Below, piece after piece: positions 26,916 to 40,996 of a DNA stretch of 64,000 nt (position 1 is the stretch's first letter; each line of letters opens with the position of its first letter). A model generated the notes under the pieces. The model had not been told where the DNA came from, did no database searches, and saw only the letters and a program-made list of their open reading frames with translations. A program made the translations under genes and the position numbers. Source of the DNA: Selaginella moellendorffii (taxonomy: Eukaryota > Plantae > Lycopodiophyta); NCBI RefSeq assembly GCF_000143415.4, contig NW_003314264.1, forward strand, positions 724,774 to 788,773, given 5' to 3'.

Positions 26916-28143
26916 GTAAACTCTTTAATTTGAACTTCCCTAGAGGTTACCTAGCTCAGTACTAATTAAACCTAAAGACGCTTAATCCCAAGTATCTCAA
27001 AGCCTTTATCCGATTAGAAAAAGGGGTGCACTTTTGTTCATAAGTATTTTCCTTCTATATTTGAACTCTTATAAATTGTTTCTCAAGTTGTTTTTTTTTA
27101 TTGTTTACAATCCAACACGCTTCTTTGCAAGTTTATGCCCTCATTAATAAAAGTTAAGATCTACAGCTCTCCCGAGAGCCCTACTTTTTTGACACCTTTG
27201 TAAGCTTCTGGGTTTGGACTTCCCAAAAGGTCACCTAGCCCAATACTATTCAAACCCAAGGATGCTTAACTCCAAGTATCCCAAGACCCTTAACCGATTG
27301 AAAAAGGGGGTGCACTCTTATTCATGGGCCCTTTCCCTCTATATTTGGGGACCGTCTCTCGAGTCGTTCCTTTTGGTTGCTGAGAGCCATAGCTCTCTTG
27401 AGAGCCCCGCTCTCTTGACACCCTACCCCTCGGGTCTAGCCTAGCAGGAGCAAACTGGACCAGCCAGATGTCAATCAACATGTGGTGTGATTCCCCTAGC
27501 CAACCAACAGAGTCGGATCCGAGACCCCTCTGATACCAAATGTAAACTCCCGTTGGAGTTTAGACTTCCCGGAAGGTCACCCAGCCCAATACTATTCAAA
27601 CGCAAGGACGCTTAACCCCAAATATCCCAAGACCCTTAACCGATTGGAAAAGGGGGTGCACTCTTTTTCATAGGCCCTTTCCCTCTATATTTAAACCCCA
27701 TGGATCGTCTCTCGAGTCGTTCCCTTTGGTTGTTTACAACTTTACTCTTTTATTCATAAGTTGTTTCTCTTTATATTTGAACCTTTATAGATTGTTTCTC
27801 AAGTTGTTTTTTTTTATTGTTTACAATCCAACATGCTTCTCTACAAGTTTATGCCCTCATTAACAGAAGCTAAGAACCACAACTCTTCCAAGAGCCCCGC
27901 TTTCTTGATAGCCTACCCCCTTAGGTCGAGTTTAGCCAAAGTAAATTAGACTTGCCTGATGTTAATTAACATATGGTGTGATCCCCCTAGCTAACCAAAA
28001 GAGTAAGACCTAAGGCTACTTTCATACCAAATGTAAGTTCTTGAATTTGGACTTCCCAAGAGGTCACCCAGCTCAATAGTATTCAAACTCAAGGATGTTT
28101 AACTCCAAGTATTCTAAGACCTTTAACCGATTGGAGAAAAAGG
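26915..28143 (-). mobile_element. Tandem array of Cassandra-type TRIMs; the last LTR continues at about 50544-50631
   Basis: Repeated LTRs of about 195 bp with a 5S-like core start near 26915, 27199, 27541 and 28032. PBS (rc TGGTATCAGAG) at about 27528-27540. An additional decayed solo LTR lies at about 26330-26525. Confidence 0.85.
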
Positions 28144-30620
28144 TGTAAGAAACTAAATTTTCCATTCTATTTCAATCACTTAACCACAACTTTGACCACT
28201 TAGAAGAGTCTCACTCACAATCTCCATAAGTCCTATTCCGGACTTGGAGACTTGCTAGCCCCGGATTATACCCTACTTGTTTGTTTGTATTCACTTTAGC
28301 TTTGGACTTCTTAGTGAATATATCATCACCCAACACGTGAGCATAGCCTTCTTGGATCACACTGGCCTTTCTTGGCCAAACTAGCTTCACTGGGGTCCAA
28401 CCCCCACATTCTCCTTACTATACTTTTGGAACCCCTTGTAGTGCCTTCCTGGGGGACGATTCCCAACAACTTAATTCAGACTTAGACTCGGTCTTAGTCT
28501 CGGTTTCAAACTCAAACTTGGGTCTCGGTCTCAGTCTCAGTCTCGATCTCGGTCTTGGTCTTGGTCTTGGTTCCATCTCCATCTCAGACTCCATCTCGGG
28601 TCCATCTCAAACTCCATCTTAGACTCCATCTTGGACTCCATCTCAGACTCCATCTTAGGTCCATCTTGGACTCCATCTCAAGTCCATCTCGGACTCCATC
28701 TCAGACTCCATCTCGGGTCCATCTCGAACTCCATCTCGAACTCCATCGTAGGTCCATCTCGGATTCCATCTCAGGTCCATCTCGGACTCCATCTCAGACT
28801 CCATCTCAGACTCCATCTCGGACTTCATCTTAGGTCCATCTCAGACTCCATCTCGGACTCCATCTTGGGTCCATCTTGGGTCCATCTTGGGTCCATCTTG
28901 GATCCATCTTGGACTCCATCACAAACTCCATCCCAGACTTCATCTCAGGTCCATCTTGGACTCCATCTCCAACTCCTTTTTGGACTCCATCTCGAGTCCT
29001 CTTATGTCCCTTTTTTAGAGACTCACTTATTGCTCGCTTCATGCTCATTCCTCAAGCACTTTGTTGGGAGTTCCACTCCTGCTCTCAACTTTTCGAGTCG
29101 GAGCTTTTAGTCTAAATGTGTTATGTTCATTTGGCTCCCATCTCAGCCACTACCACATGGCACACTTTTGGCTCCTCTTTGGGACCTAGGGATTTTGTGT
29201 CTCACAACTCCACCACCCATAAACGAAGTTTGATGTCCTCATTGAATAATAAACCATTTTATAAAGTAACATTAGCATGTATTACCCTTTTCATTCTTAG
29301 CACCAAGCCAATAATCATTGATGGTTTGTCACTGAAGGCTCTCCATGCCTTTCCTATCCTCTATGAAGTATAGTCTCTCCAACTTAGAGACTTATTAAGC
29401 CATTTATGGTGGTCCTTCCCCTTTTCTTTATTTAGTTCATGCTAAACTTGTTAGAGACACCTAATCTATTTTGACTATTCATTCAGGAGTAGTCTCGGCC
29501 TCTACTAGCATAACCATCGCACTTTGGAACTTTTAATTTTGATTTCTCAAAGTCAATTTCATAGATGTCTCTGACATCTTGCATTGCACGTGTTGTGCAA
29601 ATTGCATTTCCCTATCCTAAAAAGTTCCTTACTTAACAAAACCATCATCCTCTCTTCTATTTTGTGTTACTCTAGGCACTAAGTTTTACTTTTCCATAAT
29701 TTGTGCTAAGGTTGTCTACAACTTTATCATTTGGCTACCTTGCCACTCCCTCCCTTAGAACTTTCACCTTTGCCAAATTGGAGCATTTGGGAATCCATCC
29801 ACAAAAACATATTTTCTTTCCCATGATTTGTTAACATCCAACACATAAGTGTTCCTTGCTCAATTTTGTTGTTTGGATTTCTTCCAATGATTTTCATGGC
29901 CCAAACTTGGCCACTAGTCATTTGCTCCTATTCATTAATTGTTGCACTAAATAACATAGGATCATTATCTCCATCCTTGATGTATTCTTTTGGTTCCTGT
30001 AGCACACCTGAATTTGGAGCCGAACTCCAAGCCTATTGCGCTATGAATGAGGGTCCAGTACAATCCCACGAGCACTAGCTCCCCTTATCTAGCATTTGCA
30101 CGCAAAATAGTGTCAGACGGAGTCTGGCACAATTTTGGCATACCAATGGCCTAACGCGAGGAGGAGGGTACCCCACTAACTAGAGCAGCCTGGAGCTTGG
30201 GCTTAGACCCAAGCCAGACGCAGAACAAGGAGCGACACAGCCCAGTAGGAGCCAAACTAATGTCTCAAGTGGTCGAACATGCATTCTAACCACTATCCCT
30301 ACTATACATTTGGAACCCCCTACAACCCCCCCCCCCCCCCCACCCCCTGAGGAACACACGCTTTGGGCTTTCACCCCAAGCCTCCCTTAGTATTAGGAGT
30401 TAGTCTCTGGGACAAGCTCGAAACTTACTAAATATGGAATGGCGCTAGATATGGAATGGCACGAATTTGGATACGAGATCAACACCATTGTGTTCGGGCC
30501 AATCTCTACATTCCATAGATATGCCAAATGAGCTAATCTAGACACTTTCCATAAATAGCATTTGGGACCGAAATGAGACCAACACAAAGGGTGTGATAGC
30601 GAGAGTGTTTGGCAAACAAG

Positions 30621-31215
30621 TGTAAGCTCCTGAATTCTGACTTCCCGGGAAGTCACCCAGCCCAGTACTATTCAAACCCAAGGACGCTTAACCCCAACTA
30701 TCCCAAGACCCTTAACTGATTGGAAAAGGGAGTGCATTCTTATTCATGGGCCCTTTCCCTCTATATTTGAACCCTATGGATCGTCTCTCGAGTCATTCCC
30801 TTTGGTTGCTTACAATCCACCACGCTTCCCTGCAAGTTCACGCCCTCGTGAACGGAAGCTAAGAGCCGAAGCTCTCCCGAGAGCCTCGCTCTCTTGACAC
30901 CCTACCCCTCAGGTCGAGCCCAGCGGGAACAAACTGGACCAGCCAGATGTCAATCAACATGTGGTGTGATTCCCCTAGCCAACCAACAGAGTCGGACCCG
31001 AGACCCGCTCTAATACCAAATGTAAGCTCCTGAATTCTGACTTCCCGGGAAGTCACCCAGCCCAGTACTATTCAAACCCAAGGACACTTAACCCCAACTA
31101 TCCCAAGACCCTTAACCGATTGGAAAAAGGGAGTGCACTCTTATTCATGGGCCCTTTCCCTCTATATTTGAACCCTATGGATCGTCTCTCGAGTCATTCC
31201 CTTTGGTTGCTTACA
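30621..31215 (-). mobile_element. Intact Cassandra-type TRIM (5S rRNA-derived LTR core)
   Basis: LTRs 30621-30814 and 31021-31215, TSD ACAAG, PBS at about 31008-31020. The minus strand reads GTTAAGCGTCCTTGGGTTTGAATAGTACTGGGCTGGGTGACTTCCCGGGAAGTC, matching the 5S box A-IE-box C region. Confidence 0.92.
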
Positions 31216-32159
31216 ACAAGGTAAGCTATCATCCAGCAATATTGAGGGATTAATCTCAATATGTGAGGGTTCTTGTCACTAGCAAGTGCAACACAAAACG
31301 AGACAGGAACTCCTTACCGAGCTAAGTATGCTTAGTTAATAGCACGTGGGAATTCCGTCCTTATGCTCATCCGGTCTAAGTACACTCGAAATCCCCAATT
31401 AACTCCACTAGCACAAAAGGGGCTACTAAAAGGTTCGAACTGTACTAACCTCCTGCCGTCATGGTAGTAAGGAAAGAGTGTCCGTAAGGACTGGCCGACA
31501 AGTATTTTTCGATACCCGAAGTCACATTCGCAACACTCTCCCCCCCTTGGGGAAGATCAACGTCCGCGTCGATGTATACCTGAGTCTAGCAAACCGTCAA
31601 GGAAACAACTCCGAAAGTTAATGGAAAGCATACTATATAGGAAACACACTAACTTAAATGAGTTATGGAACAACCTCTCTTGTACGTCCAAGGACGTTAA
31701 GACTCAGACACCTTCCAACCGTCACTGACAAGGAAATGACTAATGGAGTTAGCCACCCTTGCTGCTCTGAGTACCACTCGGCTTACAAAGGAGTGATACA
31801 TCCTTGCCCGTAAGGACATAGGGAGAAGGCCAGAGGCCCAACTGCCCCTAAGCAAGAAATCAACCCTGTCGAGAAGATTTAGACAACTATTATAAACTGA
31901 TAGAGTAAATTGTTTACACGACCATGCCCCTTTTCAAAAGTTAGGCATCGAGAGAGAGGTAGGGACTTGTGATCAGTCTATAATAGTTATCCCCATGGTT
32001 ATGGATTGAACCCATGCACCGAAGTGCCGAAGTCAGCCTGCCAAAACTGACCCAAGGACTAATGGACGAGAGAAACAACACTTTGATTGATAGAAATATA
32101 TTACTTTATTAATTTGCAAGAGTTATTACAAGGTTTACAAAAGCTAATCTTTATTACAA

Positions 32160-35100
32160 TTCTCATACTCCGTGACAAGCTCATGAGCATATGTAAAATT
32201 CCTAAGAGGTTCCCAAGTTGATTCACAAGATGGATAACCTTTCCACTTAACTAGATATTCTTTCGCACGAGCATGTCTTCAAGACTGAGCATCCAAGATA
32301 GCTTCAACTTCATATTCTGGTTCACCATCCACAACATCTGGTGGCGAACGAATCATCTCGTGTCGAGCAACATCCATAGTGTAAGGAGCCAAGAGATTGG
32401 TATGAAATATATTATGAATATGGGACATCTCCACAAGAAGATCCAACTGATAGGATATAGCACCAATTTGTTTCAACACCTGATAGGGTCCAACATATCT
32501 TGGTAATAGCTTTCGAGACAAAGATCCCTTAATGTTCAAGTTCCGGGAAAATAACAACACCTAATCTCCCACTTGATAGGAGACATTCCGACAATGCAGA
32601 TCCTTATCACGTCGATACCTATCCTAAGCTTTGCCCATTGCCTCAATTGCTCTAGACCAACCGTGACATAGCTGCTCCGCATAAGTTTCAATGGCCGGGA
32701 CCAACACTTCGGACATTGGTTTAGGTACAATAATCTATTGAGGAACTCCACGAGCATTCCCTTGCAGCATCTCCCATGGAGAATAGCCTATAGCACTGTG
32801 AAATGTGTTGTTATAATAGATTTCTGCTGTATCCAAATGCTCAACCCAGTCGCATTGGTCCGCTGTGACATAATACCACAGATAATCCTCAACTTGAGCA
32901 TTCATGCGTTCGGTCTGCCCATCAGTTTGAAGATGATAAGCTGTACTAAACTTCAACTTGGTACCAAACAGCTGGAATAGTGTGCCCCAAAACTTTCCCG
33001 TAAACCTTGAATCTCTATATGAGATCATCTCTTCAGGAAGACCACGAACCCGCACTACTTCATGGAAAAAGAGCTTTGCTGCTCGTTTTGCATTTACTGT
33101 TCCCATAGTTGGAATGAAGTGTGCAATCTTTGACAACCGATCCACAACCACCATTAAAGTATCATAACCCTTTGACTTTGGCAAGCAAGTGACGAAATCA
33201 AGTGTCACACTTTGAAATGGCCATGCCGGTGCTGGAATGCACTGCAACTTTCCAGCCTGCTTCTTAGTTTTGCGCTTACATTGCTGGCATATAGGGCAGG
33301 AACGGATAATTAGCTACATCACCTTCTATACCAAACCAGAAAAATCCCTTTTTCAACGAAGCTAGAGTCTTTTGCTGTCCACCATGTCCTGCTGCTAGAA
33401 CATCATGATGTTCCCGCAGAAACAACTGTTGTAGATCCTTAGAGGGAAGATACAATCTTTCTTGCTTATAGAATATAAGCCCATCCCGAACTGAGAAGTG
33501 AAGCTTCGCATTAGTGCGGTTAGCAACTTTTGCTGCTTCGCTACCAGAGTTCTGCTTCGCTACTAGAGTTCTGCTTCGACAACTCTGCACAGCGTAAGAT
33601 TGCCTTTGCCAATGGATCACTTCCATATGAAGCTTGAACGTCCTCCAACCAGTCCGAACTGATTGCTGATATTGCCCGGAACTGAGCATGACGACTCAAT
33701 GCATCCGGAACAATATTATCTTTACCAGGTTTATATATGATTTCAATATCATATCTAGCAAGCTTCTCTTGCCAATGAGTTTGCTTCAGTGTAAACTTAG
33801 GCTGCGTAGCAAAGTAGCTTAGTGTGTTTCTATTTGTATAAACTATGGTGTGTCCACCCAAGTAGTGTCTCTAGTGTTCCAAGACCAACACTATAACAAA
33901 CATCTCTTTCTCATGCGTTAGCCATCTTCGTTGAGTTTCATCTAATTTTTTGGAATAGAACACAACGGGACAACCATGTCGCTTTAGTGTAACACCCACC
34001 GCTTTGTCACAATCTTGCTGCAACACAGCAACAATTGCATAGCCAGATGCATCACAATGCACTTCAAAGGGTTTTTCAAGATCTGGGATCCTAAAAACAG
34101 GAACCGTAGTCAAGATCTCCTTCAACCGTACAAAAGCACGTTGACAAGATGGTGTCCAATGAAATGGTATATTACTCTTTATCAACTTAGTCAACGAAAG
34201 AGCAATTCTTGCAAAATTGCGGACAAACTTGCAATAGTATCCTGCTAAACCAAAAAAGGAATGAACATCTGACACAGTGGTCAGGACATCCCAGGACTTC
34301 ACTGCTTCCACCTTCTTTGGATCAACTTCAATTATGCCACCACCAACTATATGTCCGAGAAAGTTTACGCACAATTGTCCAAAAGCGCATTTACTTTCCT
34401 TAGCATACAATTTGTGTTCGTGCAATTTCTAAAACACCAGCTCCAAATGTTTCAAATGATCCTCCAATGTTTCACTGAAGACTAGAACATCGTCGATGTA
34501 TAGGACAACAAATGTGTCCAAATAATCTCTGAATATTCAATCCATCATAGTGCTGAATATTGCCAGAGCATTGCATAACCCGAACGGCATGATAAGAAAC
34601 TCATAAGATCCATACTGAGTCTTAAAGGCTATCTTCTCCACATCCTGATCCGCCACCCATATCTGATGATACCCAAACCACAAATCAAGTTGCATAAAAT
34701 ACTTAGCCTTTAAGAGTTGGTCAAACAAGTCATCAACGTGAGGCAAAGGATAACTGTTCTTGATCATGATCTTGTTGAGTGCTCAATAGTCAATACACAT
34801 TCTTATAGTTCCATCCTTTTTCATAACAAAAAGGACCGGCGCTCTATAAAGTGACTTGCTTGGTCGGATATGACTTTTGTCAAGAAGCTCCATGAGTTGC
34901 TTCTTGAGTTCAGCCATCTCCTTGATGTTCAACCGATATGGAGTTTTCATAGGTGGTTTAGAACCTAGAATAATCTCAATTCGATGATTAACCTCATAGA
35001 TAGGAGGTAAATCCTTCGAGAAGATATCCTGAATCCTCACCAACAACTCCAATATCTTCTTTGGTACAGGATCAACCCTGTCACCTATTCGAACTAAGTC

Positions 35101-35208
35101 ACCAACACTCTCAACTTCCATCACTTGAACCCAAAAGGTCCGACATCCCTTCTTAGCTGCTTTTTGAGCGGCCCTCACAATCAGGAATTTTGCATCCCAA
35201 TCCTTTAA
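32160..35208 (-). pseudogene. Gypsy pol: RT, RNase H, integrase, chromodomain (frameshifted)
   Basis: RMCIDY, MPFGLCNA, YIDD (about 34490), VHCDASGYA, HHDVLAAGH, VVVDRLSK, QTDGQTER, EYEVEAILD...YLVKWKGY. Confidence 0.93.
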
Positions 35209-35679
35209 GGAAAAGCTCTATTTCGTTAAAGTGGGAATTGTCATTATCCCACTTGTAGAATAAGGTTTCCAAACCTTTATATAGTATATAAATATAATAG
35301 AATTCAACTGCATTGAGGCACATGCCATTTTATTTTAAACAAGAAAATGTCTACTCAATCACTTCTCCTCCCCCTGCCACTGCTTCACCTCTCTCTTCTC
35401 CTTGTCATCGTCGTCCAATTTCTTTCCATCCTTTTAATATTGGCTCAGTTGCTCCGAGTCTAGGTGGAGCCCAAGTCCCCATTCAATCTTTACTTTCCCC
35501 TTATCAATAAAACAACTTCGTAGACTTCCAATAACATGCTGTAACACTTCTAGTATAATGCAAATCCTCTCAAAGAATTGTCTTTTAATATTAATACAAT
35601 GGCATGGAACCCCATGCCATAATAAGTTACATTTTTAAATAAATACATGCCATCTCAGACTGTTAGTTTTTTGCCTCCA

Positions 35680-38600
35680 ACGCCTATACAATAATTTTGG
35701 AATTTCATCACTCTCCACACTATCAGGATTTAAACCCAATAGTAATGCCATCTCTTCTCTAATACGTCCATGCTCATGTTCAGTGGTCGAAGAACCCATC
35801 CGGTTGAGCAGATTATGGAGATGCGGATAGTGCTTGGCTAGACAATATACATGCCATAAATGATGACTGGTGTTTGTCCGATCAAATGGCTTTTGATATA
35901 CCGTTCCATCTGCCATTTGGTTGATTTCTGCAGCCACCTCCTAGACTGGCCGGTTCTCTATCACCATCGCTCCAAGCTGTTTTGCAAGGTCCCCCAGAAC
36001 ATACCCTAGTTTCCATAGGGGTGCACTGCATATGTGTGCGTGTTCGCTGTAGTTTTAATCGGCGAGTCATCGATGATGAGGATTTCACTTGACCTAGCAG
36101 TCCGGTTCATCACTACAGCCTCTGGCTTGACGAAGATGGGCTTGCTACCCCTCACATGGACCATAGTCAAGCAATCCTCCTGCGTTAGGAGAAAGTCAAA
36201 TGGTAATATTACTCGCGTTTGATCGTGCATCATCTGTAGCAACGTTAATGCATTGTGGCGCATCATGGATGTCCAAACTCCCAATTGCAAATTGAACCCG
36301 GCCTTCTGTTTTAAGTGTCGCATGGTCATTATTAGATCCTGCAGTTTCTCCCGTGTGATTAATGTGAATCTGTCTCTTTTGACCAACTTGCGACCGCAGG
36401 CTTTGGAGAGTGCAGTGACATTCGAGGACAAGCCACGCTCATGGGAGAAAAGGACACTGTTCAGATCAAAAACGATACAGTACCTTCACCGTGACTCTGA
36501 AATGAAATGCGTCAGCATAAAAAATGGTACAAGTCAATTTTACCATCTACAATATTAGTGAATGGTGCTCCCGATGGTCGTTGAGAGGGTTTTGGTCGAG
36601 GAAACGTGAAGGCTGAAATACTCTCCTCTGCAATGTGGGGTCAATCGCATCCGATGGCGTGTGGGCACATGCCATTTCAGCTGTAGACTCTGGTACAACT
36701 GGCTTAACAGTGGCATGGGGTGGTTCCGATGGCGTGTGATCACACGCCATTTCAGCTGGTGCCTTCGTTGGCAAAGTGGACATGACCGAACAGGCAGCAG
36801 GGGCGGTGTAGGGAGGTTCCAACGGCGCGTAGTCAGACGATTGGGCACACGTTGAGTCTGTTGGATATGAGGATACGACCGGCTCGGCGGCTGGGGCGGC
36901 CTCATGCGGGTCCAATGGCGCCTGGTCACCATCAGTTGGATACGTGGACAAGATTAACTCAGTGGTATGGGCAGCATCAAGTGGAGCGTGGTCAGCTTGC
37001 TTGGCATTGATATGGATAGTAGCCTCCACCAGCTCTGATGACTCTTGCAGGCAAGTAGAGTGCATTGGCGGATCCATATGCATGTCCAAATATCTCCCTT
37101 CGATTGAGATGGTATCCTCCCATGCTACTAAAAACAAACTCATTAGCACATTGAATCAACTATACTATATTTACCATCAACTGCTATTGAGGAACTAGGA
37201 CCGATATCACTTGGGCGCACTGCTGATTCTGAAGGATTGGACATACGTTTCGACCTTTGCTTGGCACTATCCTTCCTCGACACTAAAGGCTAGAGTTTGT
37301 ATCTTAATTCAACTGAATAATCTCTACTTACCATTTGCTCTGCGACCTACATGGACAATGTTAGAAATGGTAGAAAGTTAGGAATGGATGTACTATTATT
37401 TACCTGATGGTTTGTCTTGTATGACCTTCCTCCGCTGCTCTTTAGCCACCTCAGGCTGGCCATCGTCATCATCATTGTCGTCATCGTTATTGTGATCGTC
37501 ACCATTGTGAGGACCATCAAAGTCCTCTTCGTCCTCCTCTTCTTCGTCCTCCTCTTCTTTGTCCTCCTCTTCGTCCTTCTGCTCTTCCTGCTCATTATCT
37601 TTCTCTGGCTCCTCATCCCCCTCCTGCATTTCTTCCATAGGCTGCTCAGGCTGGATGGCTTGTTCTTCCAGGACCATCTTGGGAAAATCATCTGGCCGAG
37701 TCTCCATCTCAAAATACAAGACATCCATAGCCTGTTTTAGTGTGTGACCTAGGACCGTATCCTCACCCGACTGTCTTAACATGGTTTCTGCACGTTCTTG
37801 CACCCTTCGAAGACGACGAGATGAGAAAAACGTGGCCCTGACTTGAAAAGCATCCCTCATCCATTGTACCTCTCCATTGAGATTGGGGAAGGGGAGTCCG
37901 CCATAGGAATCTGAGTCAGGAGGTGGTGACTGGCTGCTTTCACTCAGCCCTTGATCTGCAATGAATGGCATGAGCACACACGCCATAACCGCGAGGCATT
38001 ACCTATCATCTTTTCGTTGCCCTTCTTCCTTTTCGAATCAAAGGCCTCTGATCCCGACGACTGTCCAACGTGCTTTCGCTTTTTATGACCACTGTCAATT
38101 TGAGCTTGATCTGCAAGAAATGGCATGAGGACCCACGCAATAACCATGACGCTTTACTTCCCGTCCTTGGAGGCTCTGTCGTGCCTTCTGCATCCTCAGG
38201 TGCCTGCTCCTCAATTCCCTTTCTCTTTCGTTTCTTATGCGCCAGTTCTACAGAAATAGCATGAGGACATACGCGATAAGCACACAAATGCTTTTACCCT
38301 TCCTCCTCTGCCCTAGTCGGTTGTCCATCTCTTTGTCTACAGCGTCTGAAAGCTGTTTTGCAGGTAGCCTAATTCGAGGTTCATGACGTCTCCTTGGCAC
38401 TTGAACTGTATACTATTGCATCAACACATGCAACATCCCACAATATTTTTAAGTTACCTTTCATAAAGTTTTCCATTGGTTCAACTCGTTCCCCTGAAAT
38501 ACAAACTTAGATAAGTGCATGGGGCCATATGTCATGATCGTACCTGTTTCGGAACTCTCCTTATCACTCTCCAAGGCCTCCCCCTCCTCCACTGGAGGCA

Positions 38601-40996
38601 CGTTGTTCCGTTCGATTTCCTCGACTCGATCTGCAAGAACATTAGTTAATTGCGTGGGGCCACACGCCATCAAACCTTCAGGTTCTTGTCGTGAGGTCTG
38701 CACTACTTGCCCTAGTCTCTTTGGAATTTGAGCTGCAAGAAGCAATGGCATGAGAATTCACGTATAACAAAAATGATTGGTACCTCTTGTCCGTTGTACT
38801 TGGCTGGTGCTTGCCTGTTTTGCCTTTGAAGAAGTGTCTCCTGCAAGGAATGGCATGAGACCACACGCCATTGCAAATATAATTTGTACCTCCTTTTTTC
38901 CTATTGCTTGTCTGTTTGTCCTTCTTCGATGCGCCACCAGTGCGCTTTTCAGTCCTCGTGTCTGAATATTCACAACGATCTATAATCAAAATGGCATGAG
39001 GCCTCACGTGACCTTACCTTGTGCAGGTTGTGAGCTCGGCCCAACATGGGTATCTTCAACAGTAGCTGTTAACGCCGTTTCAGCATCTGGGGGTGGCCAC
39101 GCTCCTACATACAGAGCTTGTGAGATAACATTTAAACTTAAAGTGCGTACTCACCAGGTTCGCAGAGAAGATACTGTTTTTCTTTGGCAACTGTAATTAT
39201 ATGCTCCATTGAAGTCACCTCTTCAATGGAGTTTGTCACCGCAACACACAGGACACCCTTGAGTAGTGCGGCTCGAAAGAATAATCCGCCGCAATTGTAC
39301 TCGACAACGCATTTGCCCTTGGAGTCGGAAGCAGGTGACCCACCCGCTATTGCGTTGAAGACCCAGCTGAGCATTTCCCATGCTGCACCTGGAGCTTTCT
39401 TTGGATTCGAAAGTTCCATAGCCGTCTTCAGTTCCTCAAGCACGGGTAAATTGACTTCCCTCAGATCAATTCGATCGGTCTTGTCGAACGAAGCTGGGAA
39501 GTCACTCCAGTCCCACTCTGCTGCAGGACCAATAACAAGGGTGAGTGTGAAGATGCGGACATTCGTCGGTATCTTCTTCTTAGCCATTATCCCATGGATC
39601 TCCCGCATCTCCTTGCCTTTCAACCAAGCCTTCACCTCGTTCAAGGCCTTCTAGAACTTGTGATAGGATTCGAACTCGTAGATCATATAGTGGACTGAAG
39701 ATTCCACCTCCGCAAGTCCCACCATTAAGTCAATGATGGAGCTGACTTTGTCTGCATGAGTGATCTCCTCGTTTGTGAAGTCCATCACACAAAAGATGTT
39801 CTTGACCTGCTCATCTCCACGGGAAACGATGCTCCTCCACCTTTGATCCTCATCTGAATTCACGTATACCCGGTAAGGTTCTCGATAGGCCTCTGCTGCG
39901 GGGTCGAGCTGTTTCTGAAGCTGGCGGTCGACATCCCTCTTAATGAAATTTGGATACTGATCCAACTTCTCAGCTTTACTTTTCGTGGCATCCCGCAGCA
40001 GATCGATGAACTTGGGGGCCCCTGTCACGTACTTGTCGATGTCTTCATTTGACAACTCCAGCTCTTCCATCATCTCTTGCGTGGTGTCGATGCTCACCCT
40101 CTCCATGGCCACTTGCTTGAAGATCCAATCCTTCAATAGCGCACGAGCTCTCAGAGTCGTGCACAAGTCCTCGTATGTCACAATATGGCCAGGAGTCATT
40201 TTGGTCTTGTTGAAAACTACCTCACCACGTAGAAGAGCATTAGCCACTGTCAGAAGGTCGTTGTTATCTAGAGACCGCGAGAAACGCAAGGTGTTGAGCT
40301 TCAAATCATTGGGCTTCCGGCCGTCCTCCACACCGATTGAGTTTAGCAACTCCCTGTCATGGTACCTCCTTAGCACATCTACCCATTTGTCAAAAACAAC
40401 TTTTGTCGCGAGTAGAATGTTATGGATGCTGAGTGTGTCATTGACCCCTAGTGTTTTCGAGAGAAGACTCAAGAATTCCTGCAATGGAAATGGCGTGAGG
40501 CCGCATGCTATGCCACATGCAACGAGGCTTACCTGCCAGGCACTAGTTGCTAGTGCACGTCCTTGTCCTAGTTTTTGTGGCTTCTTCAGTTGAACCCAGA
40601 GCTTCCGTGTTCGTGCCAATGTCTCGTGCAGACCCGATTTGTAGCACGTTTCTTGCTTGACATTCTGCGCGTGGGAGATGTATATGATAGATCGGAGGGG
40701 CGAGTTGCCTTTTATCAGGTGGACAACTCTTGTCTTGAAGACTTTCTTCACCTCCTCACCCACCATAATATCCACAACTATCTCTTGCATCGCCAAGCTA
40801 GAATGCTGCCCGGAGACGGCATAGAACCGGATGTTCTGATCGTCCAACACCTTCCTATTGATCAAGTCTGGAAACCTCGTCTCGCCCTTCATTGTTCGGT
40901 AGTAGGGGATCACGTCTGCGATGTCGGGTGTTACTGGACTTCCCAGCATCTTCTACTTCAGTTTCTCCACCCACTCATCAGATACTAGCCTGTGGT
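35680..40996 (-). pseudogene. Transposon cargo gene, copy 2 (5'-truncated; retains the MTase-like C-terminus and micro-exon array)
   Basis: ORFs 39651-40949, 39138-39644, 37396-37986 and 36006-36431 are colinear with copy 1. Ten consecutive phase-1 GT-AG introns lie between 39154 and 37956. Confidence 0.78.

Noticed and set aside
30639-30692. 5S rRNA gene
   Set aside because: Only the internal promoter portion is present, embedded in TRIM LTRs.
37956-39017. CRISPR-like repeat-spacer array
   Set aside because: Eukaryotic context, degenerate repeats, irregular spacing and no cas genes; better explained as palindromes within introns.
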